Below the pieces are notes generated by a model. The model saw only the letters and a program-made list of their open reading frames with translations, was not told where the DNA came from and did not search any database. The position numbers were made by a program, and so were the translations under genes. Source: Octopus vulgaris (lineage: Eukaryota). From it: a DNA stretch of 64,000 nucleotides. The stretch lies in NCBI GenBank assembly GCA_951406725.2, contig OX597823.1:41106001-41170000 (forward strand), written 5' to 3'. Below, in pieces: positions 52,975 to 64,000 of this stretch. Position 1 is the stretch's first letter, and the number at the start of each line of letters is the position of its first letter.

Positions 52975-54850
52975 TATTCAGTTTTATTTCAAAATTTTTT
53001 GCCAATAGGGAAAGAGCCGGTTTCTAACCTAGATCCAAGGCTCCTTCATTGAAATTTCAGCATCAACAACAGGATATTTTTGTATGTATGTATGTATGTA
53101 TGTATGTATGTATGTATGTATGTATGTATGTATGTATGTATGTATGTATGTATATATGTATGTATGTATACGTACAAGTTTGTATGTTTTGTTTTATGTG
53201 TCTTTTCTTATGCATATACTTGCATATCAAGACATACTCATATATACTTAAATGATAAACTTCTGGAAAGTTTCAAAGATTTTTACAGTTCCAGCGATGT
53301 CTTGGAGTTGTACTCTTCGAATCAGTTTTCTCCTTTCTGGTTTTGAGAAGCCTAATTTATGAAGATTAGTATTTAGGCAATGTGTTACACATCCTTGTGC
53401 TCCAATTATTACAGGTGTAAAACTGAACTGGATAGAGTAACTGCAGATTTCTCAGTAGTTTAGCATAGGTATTCTCTTTATGTTAACATAGGTATCTGTT
53501 GGGTAGCTAATTTCCACAACTGTACACAGTTTCTCTTATCTATCCCAAATCATTATATCAGGTCTATCAAGTCTATTGTGTCAACATTTTATTGAGGTCG
53601 TCACTGGGACATTCCACCAGTTCTCCTTTTTATTATGATTGGCTATGGCTTCCACCATACTGTGGGTTCTTATGTCTTTGTCCTTGGGGTTATCCTTTCG
53701 ACGGATCTCGTTATAAAGCTACAACATCGTCTCATCGGTAGATAATGCTGTGATGACGTTTCCGGGCAACTGCTTATGATGTGAGTGACATCTTTGGTGT
53801 TAACTCCACAAAGTCTGCATCGGTTGTCCCATTTTACTGTTTTTCCTGCATCTCTATCCCTTTTGTGCATCAGGTATTTGGTTGATATTTCCTGTTCTTG
53901 GATTGGAAACGCATACCCTTCAAAGTGAGTGGTAGTAATCCGGTTCTTGGTCCTTGATAGACAGCTTTGATAATCAATGTTATTATCGTCTCTGAAGTCC
54001 CTACTAACATATCCATGCGTGGTCTTCTTATCATATACACCCATCCTTTCATCTGATGATACGTTGCAGTAGAATCGTGCGACTTCTTTGGGCATGTGTC
54101 TAAGGTTATGAGACAAGGAAAGCTGTCAAGGAGCTGCCTTCCAAGTTTTATCAGGTTATCAACCTCATGTATGTAAACTTGGTCGAGGGACGCATTGCGA
54201 TACGTCATGGTTACATGATTTTGCCGAAGGGATATGACACGACATTCAAAGGCAGATTGAACCGCTCTTAAGCCTCTGCTGCCTTGTTTTCGTTTTAGGT
54301 AGAGGCGGTTTATGTGTGCTTGTTAATATCTTCAGGGTTTTCACATCAACGGCTCGGATCTCATCAAGTGTCCAATCAAGCAGCCCAAATGTTGGTATCA
54401 ATACTGGCATTGCAAAAACATCGTGGGCCATTGTTTTATTGAATACAGAGTTACGAGGTTCAACTTTTCTTTATTCGGCTGTAATATTCTGTAGTGACAC
54501 GTGTTTTATTACAGGTGCCATTGTAAGATATGTTTTCATCCACCCCGAGATACCTGTAACATCAGATCTAACGGAAACAGTTAAGTTATTGATAGAACTG
54601 TTGCTAGTCTGGTTTACCATTTTCCCTTTTCACAAATATGTAGCAACATTTATTCTGACCAAACTCCAACCTATATCATTTGAGAATGTTGTAACCAGGT
54701 CACAGGCTCTATTTCATCTCGTGCATATTCTTTGCATAGAGTTTCAAGTCATCCAAAAAGAAAAAAAAGAAACAATGTGTAATTTTGTTATTTCTGTTTT
54801 CTTGTGAATCAGCGAGATATCCTTCAGTCTTCTCTAACATGAATGACAAG
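52975..54850 (-). mobile_element. R4-clade non-LTR retrotransposon, 5'-truncated and decayed (RT end, CCHC, restriction-like endonuclease)
   Basis: LDDLKLYA, FSNDIG, FAMPVLIPTFGLLDWTLDEI, QEQEISTKY, CRLC..HIISSC, WWNVPV..RPDIMIWD..VVEIS motifs; flanked by (TATG)n. Confidence 0.9.
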
Positions 54851-54889
54851 GAGTATGTATGTATGTATGTATGTATATGTGTATTTGGA

Positions 54890-54972
54890 ATAAGAACTCA
54901 GAACGTTGAAACAGGCGAAATGCAACTCAGTATTTTCTTCTGCGTCCTAACAGTTTTGCCAGCTCACAGCCT
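54890..54972 (-). mobile_element. SINE A head fragment
   Basis: GAACTCAGAACG..GGCGAAATGC..TGCCAGCTCACAGCC. Confidence 0.7.
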
Positions 54973-54973
54973 C

Positions 54974-55006
<33 letters not shown>

Positions 55007-55007
55007 C

Positions 55008-55087
<80 letters not shown>

Positions 55088-55092
55088 TAATC

Positions 55093-55510
55093 ATTCCTTG
55101 CGATCACAATATAGCGGTGAAAGAATTTGACCAGATCAGTAAATATAAAGACTTGCAAATAGAAACTGAAAACAAATGTGGTATCTTAAGGCGACTACAG
55201 TACCAGTGATTGTAGGATCTCTAGAAATGATACAAAAAAAGGTACTGAAACCTATTTGAATATGATACGAGGCTTCCCATCCCTACAGGAAGTGCAAAAA
55301 ATCGTGTTAACTGGAACGACTCATGTACTGAGAAGAGCATTATCGCTGATATGAATTTATTTATTTATTGATTTTTTTAAATACACATTTTACCTGTGAT
55401 TTTGCGTTTGTAATCTGGGAATGTATACTGTGAGCTTCTCTGCTCAAGGTGTACGGAAAACACCCGGCGAGAAATGGAAGAAAATTTGAAAACAGAAGGA
55501 AAACAAGCAA
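55093..55510 (+). mobile_element. R4/Dong-like 3' end inserted in (TAA)n
   Basis: IPCDHNIAVKEFDQISKYKDLQIE..MWYLKATTVPVIVGSL..LQEVQKIVLTGTTHVLRRALSL; (TAA)n upstream and TAA/TGA repeats downstream. Confidence 0.85.
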
Positions 55511-55568
55511 TAATGATAATGATGATAATGATGATGATGATCATGATCATCCTCATCATCATCATCAT

Positions 55569-56540
55569 TTGAGTATTAACTCTTAAAGTTGACATCATGA
55601 AATTCTAGCGTTGAATTTGGTAAAAACAAAAGCGGATTACTGACAAGTAGACAAACATTTAACTTTATCCCGGCAGCCAATCAAATATTATATATTTAAG
55701 CTGGTTCTATATTGTAATACCATTTACCTATGGAAACGATCGAAATATTCTCTTTTATATTCCATGTACCTTCAAGATTAATGCTTATCTAACACTGACT
55801 TGTATTTTAGTTATTCTAATTATTTGGCTACGATTTGTGTGTGGTTTTTTTTATGTCGCTTTATTTAATGTGGAGTATCAACGATTTTAAAATTAACTTA
55901 GTGAACACACAGTAAACAAAGAAAACATAACTAATATTGAGATATCGTGATTTTTAGATTAAAATAAAATAATAAAGGAAATATAGAATTAAAAAAGAAA
56001 TCGAAAGAGATAAAGAGAGATAAATACAGATATCATAGATTTGTAACAGAATTAACACAAGTCTAGCTGAAATAGCCGTATCAATACTGGCAACAACAAC
56101 AACAACAATAACAACAAGAACAGGGATGATATTATCAATAATACAAGTAACAATAATAGCAAGAACGTAAATACCCAAATGGAAACAAGCAGAACAAGAT
56201 TAATAATAACAACAACTATGGTGGAAAAAATAAGTTGTGAGCGAAACAAAACAAAAAAAACATAGCTATAGCCATAAATAGTAAGAGTTGCACTAACGAA
56301 ACCATATGAAACATCAACTGTAATGAAACCAGTCAATAACTACAATAACTACGTAAGCAACAATAACAACATTTACAGCTTCATCTGCAACAGCAACGAC
56401 AAAAGTAATATTACTATTAACGAAGTTATAATTAACTGCAACAGAAATCAGAATAACACTATGTCAACATCAACTCAACAACAACTTTAACAATAAAGAC
56501 ACCAGTGACAATAAAAATATATCAACAACAGCAACAACAA
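55569..56540 (+). repeat. left arm of a ~1 kb inverted repeat
   Basis: reverse complement of ~59300-60286; the ORF track shows matching peptides at 56052..56336(-) and 59387..59794(+). Confidence 0.97.
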
Positions 56541-57374
56541 CCACATCAAGAACATACGATAAATGCCATCTGCTGTAACTAGCAATAAACGAAAGCAGCT
56601 ACATTGAGACAAGGAGGAAATCTCTACTTGGTTTATCCACTAGTTGCTAGAAATAGCAACCAGATCTCCTTCGAATTGTTCTGTACAGTCTTGGAAAATG
56701 AAGGGCACATTGGATAACATGCTCTTAAATGTACCTGTAGCAGGGAGATTCAGTAATCATCCTATGTCGCGATTCTCTGGAACCCACGTGATCAACAAAA
56801 TCTGGCCAATCACGACTTTGCGTGAAATCGGCTCCAGAGATGATTTCCACTTTTGGCACACTTCTTTCTAAACCTAACCATCAGTATAAATTCAGTACAC
56901 CTTGTCTATTTGACAGAGAACTTTGAAAGAGCTTTGGGGTGTAGCAGAAAGAACGTTGAGAGACAGTAGAGATGAGATGACAGAAAGATAATAAACAAAC
57001 ACGGATAGCTGCAGACAGCCACAATGAATGATCGGTGACAGCAACATGACGACCAGCAGCTAACGTTTTGACTACAATCACAATTAAACCACAATTAATT
57101 AAACCCAAACTCATGCAACATTTGTCATTCATTGTAATGATAGTATTTGATTTTGTGTACGAAAATTTAAAGTTTTGTTCGTATAAATCGTAACCTCCTC
57201 AAGTGTTCATCTCCGTACAATACTCTGTCTGATAAAATTACTGGTGTCACAGCTGGAATATATCTGAAAGTAGATTTGGACAAGATCGTTAACCTCTATG
57301 TTAACTATAACATATATCTGTTGTTACGGCACCTGTAATACAACTAATTTTGAGATCAGCACCAATCTTTATAA

Positions 57375-57920
57375 CGAGGGTGGGTCATGCCATTTTGTTT
57401 AGGACAGGTTTAATGACCAGCACAGGAACGTGTATCATACTTCAAAATGAAGCTGGTTCTCTGTGGATCACATCCCTACTTCTCAACATAGTCACCGTTT
57501 CTCTCAATAGCAATGTTCCACCTTCGAATGAGAGCATGTATCCCTGCCCCGTAAAATTCTGTTGAGTGTTCTTTGAGCCACTTCTTAATTAGTTTTTACT
57601 TCCACGTCACTGGAATAATGTTTGCCCCTCAAAGCCGCTTTCATGGGGCCGAAGAGATGATAGTCTGAAGGCGCTAAATCATGTGAGTGTGGACGTAGTG
57701 AAGAAGTGGCTCAAAGAACAGTCAACTGAATTTTACAGGGCAGGGATACATGCTCTCATTCGAAGGTGAAACATTGCTATTGAAAGAAACGGTGACTGAG
57801 TTGAGAAGTAGGGATGTGATCCACAGAGGACCAGCTTCATTTTGATGTATGATACATGTTCCTGTGTTGGTAATTGTATCTGTCCTAAACAAAATGGAAT
57901 TACTTTTTACTTCACCCTCG
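57375..57920. mobile_element. palindromic mariner-derived MITE built from two 3' ends
   Basis: arms 57375-57586 and 57701-57920 are inverted; ends CGAGGGTG / CACCCTCG+TA; encodes HDLAPSDYHLFGPMK..KKWLKE..FY.AGIHALIRRWNIAIERNGDYVEK*. Confidence 0.9.
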
Positions 57921-58879
57921 TATTATATGTTTCACAACATAGATCTTAGTTACAATATATGTAACACAGCCGGATGCGATATCAATATCTATCTATTGTA
58001 AAGAAAAAATGTGTAACACAACTAAAGTAACGTCAACACACATCTACAGGAACAATATGTTTAACGCAACAGACTCTAATATCAATAAAAATATCTATCG
58101 TAAAAATATATACAACACGACCAACTGCGGTATACTCAATCAATAGTAACATCATTTGTAATAAAACAGCAGCATCACCTGTCAATAGTAACCATCTTTA
58201 ACATTAACACTGATCTTTAGTAACATATATGTTACACCACTAATTGTAGCATCAGCACCAGTTTATAGTACCACTATGTGTAAGGTATTTCTACATTTGT
58301 ATATTTATTTCCTTTAATTACATTTGTATATATTACTTACATTTGTATACTTATACACTACTCTTATACTTGCATGTCATCGCATGTCATCCATATTTTT
58401 TTCCACTTGCATATTTACGAACCTTCGTTCACCATCTTCGTTATTTCTCATCAGTTTCTCTTCGTCAACTGGCAAAAACACTCTCTTCATCATTACAATT
58501 ATTTTATGCAAAACTATGATACGGTCAACTAAGATATTTTTCGACTCAGTATTATCTAATCAAAACTTTTGTCTACATATTCCAACGCTTTCTCTCAATG
58601 TACTTTGAAATATCTTATTTACCATTTTTCATACTCTTTTAAGCTCGAAAGCAAGAGGCTGAGAGAAACGATTTGTGAATTTTCAGTTTTGTTTTGCATA
58701 GTTGTAGGATTTTTCGTCAATTATTATGTTGTTGTTTTTTTAGCGTTTTATGTCCAGTGTGAGCTATGTTATTTAGCTCGATGGTGGTTGCTGTGTTTCG
58801 AATTGCGATTTGTTTGAATGCCTTATTGTAGCGACAGTCTAATACATTTGAATAGAGGAATCGCTTGAGCATCAGGAAA

Positions 58880-59060
58880 ATTGCTTACATTATATGTTCC
58901 ATGTTTTTACACTGTGGGTTTAAATACCAACGAGATCATCTTCACCCATTATGTCACTGGGTCGATAAAATAAAGTACTAATCTTGCACTAAGGTTGATC
59001 ATGTCAACTAACTATTCACGGCGAAGCTATTAGCCTTCTGTCTAAATTAGGAGCCATTAT
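58880..59060 (+). mobile_element. old SINE A copy
   Basis: GGGTCGATAAAATAAAGTACTA central block. Confidence 0.6.
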
Positions 59061-59299
59061 TAGATGTTACTACTTGTACGGAGCAATTTTCACATATATA
59101 TTCCAACGGTGGCATTCCCATCTTTCCCTCAGATGTGTTTCTGTGACTACATTTCCTAATGTAATCTTCCTCCCTTTTTGTTTTTAAACAGTAGGGAGTA
59201 ATTCAAATACTTGGCTGCTATAACTAGTTGCTACTATTATGGCTGCTATTCTGCTATGCATGGATATTACCATCTGTTGTTGTTGTTGTTGTTGTTGCT

Positions 59300-60286
59300 G
59301 CTGCTGCTGTTGTTGTTGATATATTTTATTGACACTGGTGTTTTTATTGTCAAATTTTTTTTTATTGATGTTGACATAGTGTTATTGTGATTTCTGTTGC
59401 AGTTAATTATAATTTCATTAATAGAGATATTACCTTTGTTGTGGCTGCTGCCGATGAAGCTGTAGATACTGTTGTTGTTGTTATTGTTGTTGTTGTTGTT
59501 GTTGTTTGCGTTATTGTAGTTATTGTTGACTATGTGTTCATTACAGTTGTTGTTTCATATGGTTTCGTTAGTACAACTCTTTTACTGTTTATGGCTACGT
59601 TGTTTCGCTCACAACCATTATTTTTCCCCCCCATTGTTGTTGTTATTATTCTTGTTCTGCTTGTTTCCATTTGGATATTTGCTTTCTTGTTGCTATTATT
59701 GTTGTTTTTATTATTGCTAATATCATTCCTATCCTTATTATTATTGTTATTGTTGCCAGTATCGATACGGCTATTTCAGCTAGACTTGTGTTAATTCTGT
59801 TACAAATCTATGATATCTGTATTTATCTCTCTTTATCTCTTTCGATTTCTTTTTTTAATTCTATATTTCCTTTATTATTTTATTTTAATCTAAAAATCAC
59901 GATATCTCAATATTAGTTATGTTTTCTTTGTTTACAGTGTGTTCACTAAGTTAATTTTAAAATCGTTGATACTCCACATTAAATAAAGCGACATAAAAAC
60001 CACACACAAATCGTAGCCAAATAATTAGAACTACTAAAATACAAGCCAGTGTTAGATAAGCATTAATCTTGAAGGTACATAGGATATAAAAGAGAATATT
60101 TCTATCGTTTCCATAGGTAAATGGTATTACAATATAGAACCAGCTTAAATATGTAATATTAAATTGGTTGGTGGAATATAGTTAAATGTTTGTCTGCTTG
60201 TCAGTTATATGTCTGTAATCCGCTTTTGCTTTTACCAACATCAATGCTAGAATTTCATGATGTCAACTTTAAGAGTTAATACTCAA
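59300..60286 (-). repeat. right arm of the ~1 kb inverted repeat
   Basis: ends ..GATGTCAACTTTAAGAGTTAATACTCAA, the reverse complement of the sequence starting at 55569. Confidence 0.97.
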
Positions 60287-60322
60287 TTACTATTATTATT
60301 ATTATTATTGTTGTTGTTGTTG

Positions 60323-60548
60323 TATTTTACTTCTCAGAGCACTCGCTCTTACTTGCTCTGGTTGATGTTGTGAGAGTGGACAGCAACCTGTTTGTTTCAA
60401 AGGTTTCCCAGCGACTCCCAGAGTCTCCTTCCCTGAATTATAAGACTTGATACTTCAATGTTATATATCGTGGAAGATACTTAACGCTCAAGTACCCACC
60501 TCAAAATCCCCGCTGTACCCAACAGAGCAGATTTGTATGTTCCACCCT
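60323..60548 (-). mobile_element. R4/Dong-like 3' end
   Basis: minus strand KSALLGTAGILRWVLER*, then UTR ending in (CAA)n(TAA)n. Confidence 0.7.
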
Positions 60549-60576
60549 CATTATTATCACCATTATGATTACTATT

Positions 60577-60861
<285 letters not shown>

Positions 60862-60869
60862 TTAAAAGC

Positions 60870-61385
60870 TATTACATGCTAATATAATTTACAAGGATTA
60901 TTATCTTGAGGTTTGGAGACATGCCTCCACAGATTTCAAGAGTCTTTCTCTGGATTCCTGCAGAATGTTTCACTTTTCTGCAGGCCAACAATACAAGTCT
61001 TATCTTCAATACCCTTCGTCGTGTTAGGTAGCCGTTTAGTTCTACCAAATTCCTTAATTACTACACGATCAATTGTTAACTTAGTTTTTCCACAATCTCT
61101 TTACCTCTCTGGCTAGGTCCTGATATTTCTTAATTTTCCAATTTCTTTGGCATCCAGTTTGTAACCATATGGTTTGCAAGGCATATGACTTTAATACTGT
61201 TTGGTTCTTTTATCCTCTAAATTAATTTCTGGTCAGTCCTATGGGGAAGTCCCATAAAATCCTAACGTATTATTCTCTATCCACAGACCCCGCTCATGTT
61301 CATGCCACTATTTTTGCTACCTTCAGTCCACACACTCGTCTCACTTCCCACTACACCCTGTTGACCAGCGCTTATATTCCTTTTA
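60870..61385 (-). mobile_element. old R4/Dong-like endonuclease-domain fragment
   Basis: minus strand KEYKR..WHEHE..ENN..ILWDF..KYQDLAREVKRLW..LQKS in broken frames. Confidence 0.65.
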
Positions 61386-61639
61386 TGTTAACTTACTACA
61401 TTTACTTAAATTGCTAATACTTTTGTCTCCTTTTACACAAATTTTGCATTGATTTTCTGACTTTCTTTTTATTAAGTTCATTCGTTCGTTCGTTGTTCTC
61501 CTCCTCCTCCTCCTCCTCCTCCTCCTCATCATCATCATCATCATCATCCCCCTTCTCCTCCTTCTCCTCCTCCTCCTTCTTCTTCTTCTTCTTCTTCTTC
61601 TTCTTCTTCTTCTTCTTCTTCTTCTTCTTCTCTGTCTCG

Positions 61640-61753
61640 TTTCGTTGACTCTGCTTTTCTTCCTCTCGATGGCGATAAAATAAGTACCAGTTGACCACTG
61701 TAATCGATTCGTCTTCTCTCCAAATATTGCTGCCCTTCTGGCAAAATTTGAAA

Positions 61754-61757
<4 letters not shown>
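61640..61757 (+). mobile_element. SINE A 3' half
   Basis: GCGATAAAATAAGTACCAGTTG..CCTTCTGGCAAAATTTGAAATC followed by (ATT)n. Confidence 0.7.
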
Positions 61758-61794
<37 letters not shown>

Positions 61795-61805
61795 TATTAT
61801 TATTG

Positions 61806-62106
61806 AGATCTTTACCGTTTGACCAACAGATTTTTAAAATAATTTTTTGTAACTAAACACTTTCAAACTTCGGACACTGGTAGAATGTGTTATATAAAAC
61901 ATCTTTTACTCTTACCAATTTTTAGAAAACCTTATATTTACGAAGTTATTTCACGTTAAAGTTGTCCTGTTTCGGTAATTTCAAGGAATCAATTCTAAGA
62001 GTAAAAGATGTTTTACATGACACATTCTACCAGTGTCCGAAGTTTGAAAGTGTTTAGTTGCAAAATTTTTAGTTTTTTAAATCTGTCGGTCAAAAGGTAA
62101 AGATCC
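61806..62106. mobile_element. ~300-bp MITE with ~105-bp TIRs
   Basis: GATCTTTACCGTTTGACC..AACATCTTTTACTCTT is mirrored by AAGAGTAAAAGATGTT..GGTCAAAAGGTAAAGATC; TATTG on both flanks. Confidence 0.9.
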
Positions 62107-62384
62107 TATTGTTGTCATTATTGTTGTTGTTACTATTGAATGTTGAAGTTAATGTAGGGTTTCTTTAGACCTTCATGAAAAATGAATTTTGAACTGGATT
62201 AACGTATGTAGGAAAAGGTTTGAAATTAATTAAACATGGAATACCAGGGGAGATACGTCTGTGTTGAATTTACTAGACCATAAATTATGTGTGTATGTGT
62301 GCCCACATACACACATATTAATTCATACATATTGATTCATATCTGATTTTAATCAGGAGGGCTGAACAATGTGGGAAACAGTTT

Positions 62385-62590
62385 TTCTCAAATTAAAGAT
62401 TTGGGAGGAACTCTTGCAATAGAATGGTGTCCGTTAAAGATAGTCAAAACCCAGGTGGTGGTGTTGAATTGGCTGACGTCTTGAGTCCAGCAATTAAGTA
62501 TGCCAAGAAGGGATTTGAACTCAAAACGCTAGGAATCGGAATAAATACTACAAGGCTTCCAGTCCGACACTTTTTTACACTTTCACCAAG
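62385..62590 (-). mobile_element. old SINE A copy
   Basis: GGGATTTGAACTCAAAACG plus weak head and tail similarity. Confidence 0.5.
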
Positions 62591-62694
62591 CCACCAACCT
62601 GGATTAGTACCCTTATTTCATATTTTATTTTTAAACGATTTTGTCCCAAATAAGGGTTGAAACATTTGTAGTATAAGGTAAAATAAAGAAAGAA

Positions 62695-63025
62695 AAGAAA
62701 GGGCCTGTAAACTCAAAGGATGTCAATTGCCAAAACATTTGAAGAACTGGTCATCATAGTCCAAGAGAATGTAGGACAGTGGCTGTGAGTTTCAGAGAAC
62801 AACAGTTAGAAGAAAGAAGCTATTAGAATAACAGGACTTATGACTTACAGGAAACAAAACAGAAATAATGCACCTGGGGAAGAATGGAAGGCAAACTTGG
62901 CCTTAACATAGAGTGTCAGAACTATTTGGATGAACCCCACCATCTTTGGTCAGATGCTTTGTTTACTGAAAGTGAAAGAAGTGGCCCGATGTATTCACCG
63001 AACTGCAGTTCACGGTTTGGAGGTT
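62695..63025 (+). pseudogene. possible highly decayed LTR-retrotransposon gag-pol fragment
   Basis: DVNCQNI*RTGHHSPRECRT resembles a CCHC knuckle; the rest is weak. Confidence 0.3.
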
Positions 63026-63388
63026 CATGACAGAATGCCTGTGCTACATAGTAGTTAGATGACCTTCTTATATAGCCCAACCATTTGAGTACTTCCCGTT
63101 TATCTGATTCACTCTGCAGTCATGACCGTCATATGAACATCATTATATCTACACCCGTTTCGTAATGACACCCTTGTATAGTCGCCAAAAACATTATTTT
63201 AGATACTACGAGTCTACATGTCTCTCCATACATTTTATGTTCATGTTTCTGAGGTTTAGAACGTGATAGAAAGAAGTACGTTAAGTATGTTGAACAGTTT
63301 CACATTGTGCAGCTCGCCGATATTCCGCCTGTTCTAAATTGTGATTTTTGTCTTCCGAAAGATGTTATCTATCTTTTCATGCATTTTC

Positions 63389-63443
<55 letters not shown>

Positions 63444-64000
63444 GGTGGTGATGGTGGTGGTGGTGATGGTGGTGCTGGTGGTGCTGGTTATAATAATGGT
63501 AGGTGGTAGCTGCTGTTGTAGCTGTGAATAAAAGTGTTCCAACCATGACCATCCAATCATTATTCCAGCAAAAATTATACTAATGCTGACAACTTAATGC
63601 AACGCAGCGCATTTCAAGATGACAGAGAAAGCATTGAGGGAGATTTAGTTGCTATTATCACTTGCTTTAAATACATCAGTGGTTGATAAGAGACAGTTGC
63701 TATGGTGCTAATGGCAGCAGTAGCGGCAACAGATGTGGCAGCAGCAGCGACGACAACAGCAGCAGCAACAGCGTGCAGCTACAGCGGCAGTAGCAGCAAC
63801 AGCAGTGGTAGTGATGGTGGTAGTAGTAGTAGGAGGAGGAGGAGGGGAGAAGGAGGAGATGTGTGGTATAGGTAACAGTGATAATTGGCAGTAGCTGGAG
63901 AAAATAGTGGTGGTGGTATGGGGAGTAGTAGTTGTGATAGCAGTACTGATAGAATAAATTGCGTGATTCAAATGCTATTACGGACATTATTATTGCTTTT

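Overview
AT-rich eukaryotic (animal) non-coding DNA, most likely cephalopod (octopus). That assignment is an inference from the dominant tRNA-derived SINE families and the extreme microsatellite density. No intact host protein-coding gene is recognisable, and nearly all ORFs in the track are microsatellite translations. The window is a mosaic of: (i) more than 25 SINE copies from at least four families, some in tandem arrays; (ii) decayed DNA transposons (a full-length mariner at 5.66-6.88 kb, a Chapaev3-like element at 31.3-33.4 kb, several MITEs); (iii) non-LTR retroelements (seven 5'-truncated R4/Dong-like ends, nearly all in or beside microsatellites, and an internally deleted L1/Tx1-like element); (iv) a Penelope-like GIY-YIG 3' end. 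The most interesting signals are three minimal type I hammerhead-ribozyme folds (24.2, 35.4, 50.9 kb), one of which is preceded by an antisense copy of its own 5' half, and a ~4.7 kb nested fold-back structure (55.6-60.3 kb) with ~1 kb inverted arms enclosing a palindromic mariner derivative. All calls are by eye, and the boundaries of decayed elements are approximate.
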